64,000 bases of DNA from Leptonemataceae bacterium (lineage in GTDB: Bacteria > Spirochaetota > Leptospiria > Leptospirales > Leptonemataceae). The notes beneath the pieces were generated by a model. It made no database searches, had not been told where the DNA came from, and worked only from the letters and a program-made list of their open reading frames with translations. Numbering within the stretch: position 1 is the first letter of the stretch; each line of letters begins with the position of its first letter. The translations under genes were made by a program, and so were the position numbers. Positions 60,306-64,000 of the stretch are shown here, piece after piece. Where the stretch lies: assembly GCA_965227295.1 (NCBI GenBank), contig OZ245742.1:2528001-2592000 (forward strand), in the 5' to 3' direction.

Positions 60306-60417
60306 ACACCGAGGACCGAGAGACCGAGGTTTCCTGGAAGGGCATTCTTATTAGCAAGGCCGCGCGCAAGCTATGAATGCTCTCCGTTTTCGCCTCGCAA
60401 GACTCGGTCCTCGGAGT
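60306..60417. repeat. Inverted-repeat element, family B copy 5
   Basis: ACACCGAGGACCGAGAGACCGAGG / CCTCGCAAGACTCGGTCCTCGGAGT. Right arm overlaps the apbE 5' end. Confidence 0.7.
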
Positions 60418-61488
60418 CTATTCCTTCTTTTCCTCGCGTGCGCGTTCGCCTGCAAGCCCGCGGACGAATCGCTTACGTTGAAGGGCTACGCCCTCGGCAC
60501 CACCTATACCGTTAAGATCTACCCGCACGAAGTTAGCGAAGACGAAGCCTCGCTGCCTCCCGAAGACGAACTGCGTTCCGAAATCGAAGACGTCATTGCC
60601 GGCATGAACGCGGCCATGTCCAACTGGCATACGGACAGCGAAATCTCGCGATTCAATGCCCTGGAGGCCCCGGCAACCATCGAAATCTCGCCGGCCTTCG
60701 CGCGAGTCTTGGAAGCATCGCAGGAGATGCACCGACGTTCCGGCGGCGCTTTTGATCCGGGCCGCTCCAGGCTCTTTGATCTGTGGGGTTTCGGCGCCGA
60801 ACAAAAAGAGGACGCCGTGCGCAGCGTTCCGGACCAGGCGGACATCGAACGCCTGTTGCAAAACAGCGGCCTCGCATACGTGCGTCTGGAAATCAAACCG
60901 CATCCGGAAAATCTCGACAGTCACAGCCTCATCACGCTGCACAAAGAGCGCGACGATGCCGGGTTAAACGTGAGTGCTCTCGCGAAAGGTTACGCCGTGG
61001 ACCTGGTATTCGAGCGACTGCAGGAACACGGCGCCCGGTACATGATGGTGGAAATCGGCGGCGAGGTTCGTACCGGACCGGCGCATCCGCAGCGTGGAGG
61101 TTTTCACATCGGCATCGACGAGCCGCGGTACGACGGTCGCCGTTCGCTCTACGAGGTCCTCGAAGTTTCGGACGCGGCCGTGGCGACGAGCGGCAACTAT
61201 CGCAACTACTTTCGCGGCGACGACGGCCGGTTGTATTCGCACATCCTGGATCCCCGCACCGGTCGGCCGTCGGAGAGCGATGTCGTGTCGGCCACGGTGA
61301 TCGGCCCGGCCTGCATGATCGCCGACGCCCTGGCAACGACGTTGCTGGTGCTGAGCGAAGACGAAGGACTGGCCTTGATCGAAGCGATGCCGGAGTACGA
61401 GGCGTTGTTGTTAATCAAAGACGGCGAGAAGTTACGGGAAGTGCAAACGGCGGGGATGGCGCGGTTCAGGAATGGCTCGGGTCCGTAG
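60373..61488 (+). CDS. apbE: FAD:protein FMN transferase (lipoprotein)
   Basis: SEISRFN, AKGYAVD, EIGGE, ATSGNYRNY, SHILDPRTG, ADALAT. Confidence 0.95.
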   Translation: MNALRFRLARLGPRSLFLLFLACAFACKPADESLTLKGYALGTTYTVKIYPHEVSEDEASLPPEDELRSEIEDVIAGMNAAMSNWHTDSEISRFNALEAPATIEISPAFARVLEASQEMHRRSGGAFDPGRSRLFDLWGFGAEQKEDAVRSVPDQADIERLLQNSGLAYVRLEIKPHPENLDSHSLITLHKERDDAGLNVSALAKGYAVDLVFERLQEHGARYMMVEIGGEVRTGPAHPQRGGFHIGIDEPRYDGRRSLYEVLEVSDAAVATSGNYRNYFRGDDGRLYSHILDPRTGRPSESDVVSATVIGPACMIADALATTLLVLSEDEGLALIEAMPEYEALLLIKDGEKLREVQTAGMARFRNGSGP

Positions 61489-61501
61489 TTCCGGTGTGCC
61501 C

Positions 61502-61767
61502 TGAAGCTTGAGGTAAGTGCCCGGGAGGGAAAGTTAAGGGAAGTATGGGTACGGCTGGTTCCAGCCGGCGAACGGAGGTCGTGCCGGGGGACGTGGTAAG
61601 GCGGACCGGAACGGCGTCTTCGCCGCAAGAGACGCTGCCGAAGCTGAGTCGCTCTCCCGGCGTCCGGGTCGATGTGGACAATCTTAACAAAACGAAAAGC
61701 TACAACTCCCGCGAGCCGTAGCAAAATGATTCCCTTTACAATTCCTGAGCCAGGCTCTGTAGCTTCA
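61502..61767 (+). ncRNA. Candidate structured non-coding RNA, family unknown, strand tentative
   Basis: Multiple nested complementary segments in a ~315-nt gap between convergent genes (see findings). Confidence 0.45.
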
Positions 61768-61804
61768 CAGCTCCTGCCATGATTCCGAGGGCTCCCCGGG
61801 ATCG

Positions 61805-62056
61805 TCACATCAACCGCGACTTTTGCAGTGCCTGCTGTAGCTTGCTGTAATGCTGCGGCTCTTCTTGTTCGGCGTCGCACTTGTTCGGATCGCCGCCGCA
61901 GATGCTGCACGATTCGTCGCCGCCGCGGGTGATGGTCCCGTTCGCGGCGAGGCCGCCGCAGGAACCCTTCACGGGCCGCCCGAACATGGCGCCGATCGCG
62001 ATGCCGGCCATGCAAATGCCGAAGAGGGCGAGGGTGAGCAGCAGAATCTCGGTCAT
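61805..62056 (-). CDS. nqrM: Na+-NQR maturation protein
   Basis: Single TM helix, then KGSCGG...CSICGGDPNKC (4 Cys). Next to nqrF/apbE. Confidence 0.85.
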   Translation of the reverse strand: MTEILLLTLALFGICMAGIAIGAMFGRPVKGSCGGLAANGTITRGGDESCSICGGDPNKCDAEQEEPQHYSKLQQALQKSRLM

Positions 62057-62109
62057 TCTAATAAGTTAGTAAGATCGCGCGGAAAATCAAGTCTTTTGCC
62101 GCGCCGTGC

Positions 62110-62146
62110 AAAAGGAGCGGGCGCCGATTTTTCGGCCGCCCGCTCC
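62110..62146 (-). terminator. Intrinsic terminator downstream of the tuf paralog
   Basis: Minus strand GGAGCGGGCGGCCGA-AAAA-TCGGCGCCCGCTCC followed by TTTT. Confidence 0.7.
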
Positions 62147-62163
62147 ACGTTATACGCGGGATC

Positions 62164-63384
62164 TCAGTCCGGCGTTTCGCTGATCACCCCGCGACCCACG
62201 GTGCGGCCGCCCTCACGGAATGCGAAGGCGAGGCCCGCCTCGATGGCCACGGCGGTTTCCAGGTCCACATCGATCAGAATCGATTCGCCCGGGAGCGCCA
62301 TGTCGATGCCTTCCGGCAACTGCACGGAGCCGGTGACGTTCGTCGTGCGGAAGTAGAACTGCGGCCGGTAACCGTTGAAGAAGGGCGTATGTCGTCCGCC
62401 TTCCTCTTTGCCCAGAACGTAAACTTCCGCTCGAAAGAACTTACGGGCCCGCACGGAACCGGGCAGGGCCACGACCTGGCCGCGCCGCAGCGAATCTTTC
62501 TTTACACCGCGGAGCAGCAGACCCACGCTCTCGCCGGCCCGGGCCGTATCGCTTTCCTCGTGAAAGCTCTCGATGGCCGTCACCGTCGTGCGCCCGGTCT
62601 CACCGAAGCCGACGATCTCCACCTCGCGCCCGCTTTGCAAACGGCCGCGTTCCACACGACCGGTCACCACGGTGCCGCGACCCGGAATCGTAAGCACGCC
62701 TTCGATGGCCATCAGAAAGTCGCGGTCCAGGTCCCGCACGGGATCCGGCACGTGAGCTTCCAGGGCTTCGAGCAAGCGCACGATCGCGGCGAAACCCAGC
62801 TCGCTTTCCGGGGCCTCGCCGGCCGCCTCACGAACGGCGAGCAACGCCGAGCCGTAGACAATGGGCGTGTCCGCGGCGAAACCGTACTGCTCGAGCAACT
62901 CACGAATCTCTTCGCTCACGAGATCGATCAATTCCTCGCGCTCGTCCGGGTGAATCGCGTCGGCCTTGTTCAGAAAGACGACGAGATTCCGCACGCCCAC
63001 CTGACGCGCTAACAGCACATGCTCGCGAGTTTGCGGCATAGAACCGTCGTCCGCGGAAACCACCACGATGGCGGCGTCGAGGGACTGAGCACCGGCGACC
63101 ATGTTCTTTACGTAGTCGGCGTGGCCCGGGCAATCGACGTGGGCGTAGATTCTACGCGCGGTTTCGTAGCGCTGATGCGATACGTTGATCGTTACGCCCT
63201 TCGCACGTTCTTCCGGCGCCGAGTCGATGTCCTCGTAACGCACGGCGCGGTTCAGGCCGCCGTAGAGTTTCGCGGTGACCTGGGTTAGAGCGGCACTCAG
63301 CGTGGTCTTGCCGTGATCCACGTGTCCGATCGTACCCACGTTCACTCGAATCTTGTTTTCGTTTTTCAGAGCTTTGATGCTCAT
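62164..63384 (-). CDS. tuf: Elongation factor Tu, divergent paralog
   Basis: [76 protein letters not shown] before ATG 63384. Confidence 0.93.
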   Translation of the reverse strand: MSIKALKNENKIRVNVGTIGHVDHGKTTLSAALTQVTAKLYGGLNRAVRYEDIDSAPEERAKGVTINVSHQRYETARRIYAHVDCPGHADYVKNMVAGAQSLDAAIVVVSADDGSMPQTREHVLLARQVGVRNLVVFLNKADAIHPDEREELIDLVSEEIRELLEQYGFAADTPIVYGSALLAVREAAGEAPESELGFAAIVRLLEALEAHVPDPVRDLDRDFLMAIEGVLTIPGRGTVVTGRVERGRLQSGREVEIVGFGETGRTTVTAIESFHEESDTARAGESVGLLLRGVKKDSLRRGQVVALPGSVRARKFFRAEVYVLGKEEGGRHTPFFNGYRPQFYFRTTNVTGSVQLPEGIDMALPGESILIDVDLETAVAIEAGLAFAFREGGRTVGRGVISETPD

Positions 63385-63445
63385 CGTTTTCACCTCGTTA
63401 TAGTTTGATCCGCCTGAGCGGATGGCGTGGGTTGTCACGGGCACG

Positions 63446-63480
63446 AAAAAACCCCCTCGCACCGGATGGTGGAGGGGGCT
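63446..63480 (-). terminator. Intrinsic terminator in the 5' leader of the tuf paralog (attenuator)
   Basis: Minus strand AGCCCCCTC-CACC-ATCC-GGTG-C-GAGGGGGTT running into a T6 tract, ~60 nt upstream of the tuf ATG. Confidence 0.8.
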
Positions 63481-63515
63481 TCGCGCAGGTACTATGACGT
63501 TATGATGCTACAAAC

Positions 63516-63608
63516 CTACAATCGCGCAAGCCCTCCCCGCGGGTCGCCTTGTTCCTGTTGTTCGCCGCTTATGCCGGCGAAAATCTTGTTGAAAATTCCG
63601 GAGAACAT
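63516..63608 (-). CDS. Putative 30-aa leader peptide MFSGIFNKIFAGISGEQQEQGDPRGGLARL
   Basis: ATG at 63608 to TAG at 63516, ending 35 nt before the terminator. No obvious SD. Confidence 0.45.
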   Translation of the reverse strand: MFSGIFNKIFAGISGEQQEQGDPRGGLARL

Positions 63609-63688
63609 CGATTAGATTTGACGAAGAAAACGCGCACCTTCGTGAAACTTTTTGTGAAAATCGTGCGCGTTCTTTTCGGAGTAACTGC

Positions 63689-63988
63689 ATGCTGCCGCCC
63701 ACATTCATCGCTTCGCTCATTGCCATCGGCGTTTTGCTGGTGTTGATCCTCACGTACGTTCTGGTCTCGCGGGAAGTGGAACGCCGCCGCCTCGATCGAG
63801 AGCGGGCTATCGCCGCGCAGCGTAAGAAAGAGCTCCTGGCCACCGAAGTCGACGAGCCCGCCGTGCCCGCGTCCATTTCCAAAAGCGAACACCAGGAAAT
63901 GATCGAAAACGCCCAGGCCATGGTCAAAGAAGACCCGGAGCGCGCGGCGAAACTCGTGCGTCACTGGCTCGACGACGGGGATCGGTAG
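63689..63988 (+). CDS. Small membrane protein with a FliF C-terminus-like motif
   Basis: N-terminal TM, charged helix, ends AQAMVKEDPERAAKLVRHWLDD. Confidence 0.7.
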   Translation: MLPPTFIASLIAIGVLLVLILTYVLVSREVERRRLDRERAIAAQRKKELLATEVDEPAVPASISKSEHQEMIENAQAMVKEDPERAAKLVRHWLDDGDR

Positions 63989-64000
63989 ATCGAGCACGCC

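Noticed and set aside
61489..61804. Naming the candidate RNA as RNase P, cobalamin riboswitch or group II intron
   Set aside because: Only fragments match (GAGGGAAAGT/ACAAAAC; AAGGGAA...GAGCCAGG...CCTGCC; GTGTG...GAGCCGTA). P4 pairing, the B12 core and domain V are missing, and the position between convergent genes does not fit a riboswitch.

Overview
GC-rich bacterial chromosomal window with about 60 genes, mostly housekeeping. Several proteins look Leptospiraceae-like, but that is inferred from motif recall, not from a search. Recognisable content: 3' end of an RND/AcrB gene, an MCP, a PAS-PAS-GAF-GGDEF cyclase, mtnP, hom, a DegT aminotransferase, a long-chain acyl-CoA ligase, yajQ, alaS, a BCCT transporter, argF, nfeD-slipin, a GH15 hydrolase, a complete Na+-NQR cluster (nqrABCDEF-apbE with a convergent nqrM) and a divergent stand-alone EF-Tu paralog. 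No rRNA, tRNA, CRISPR array or transposase was found. Best leads: (1) the EF-Tu paralog sits behind a 30-codon leader ORF with mutually exclusive antiterminator and terminator helices, suggesting a ribosome-stalling sensor controlling a backup EF-Tu; (2) an unannotated, extensively base-paired ~190-280 nt candidate ncRNA lies between apbE and nqrM; (3) two orphan DUF4157 (eCIS-type) proteins carry different C-terminal domains (vWA-like and FecR-like); (4) at least three families of short inverted-repeat intergenic elements occur, some nested and some overlapping coding ends; (5) a ParE toxin is interrupted by one in-frame TAG and a membrane glycosyltransferase-like gene is split by a 1-nt frameshift.
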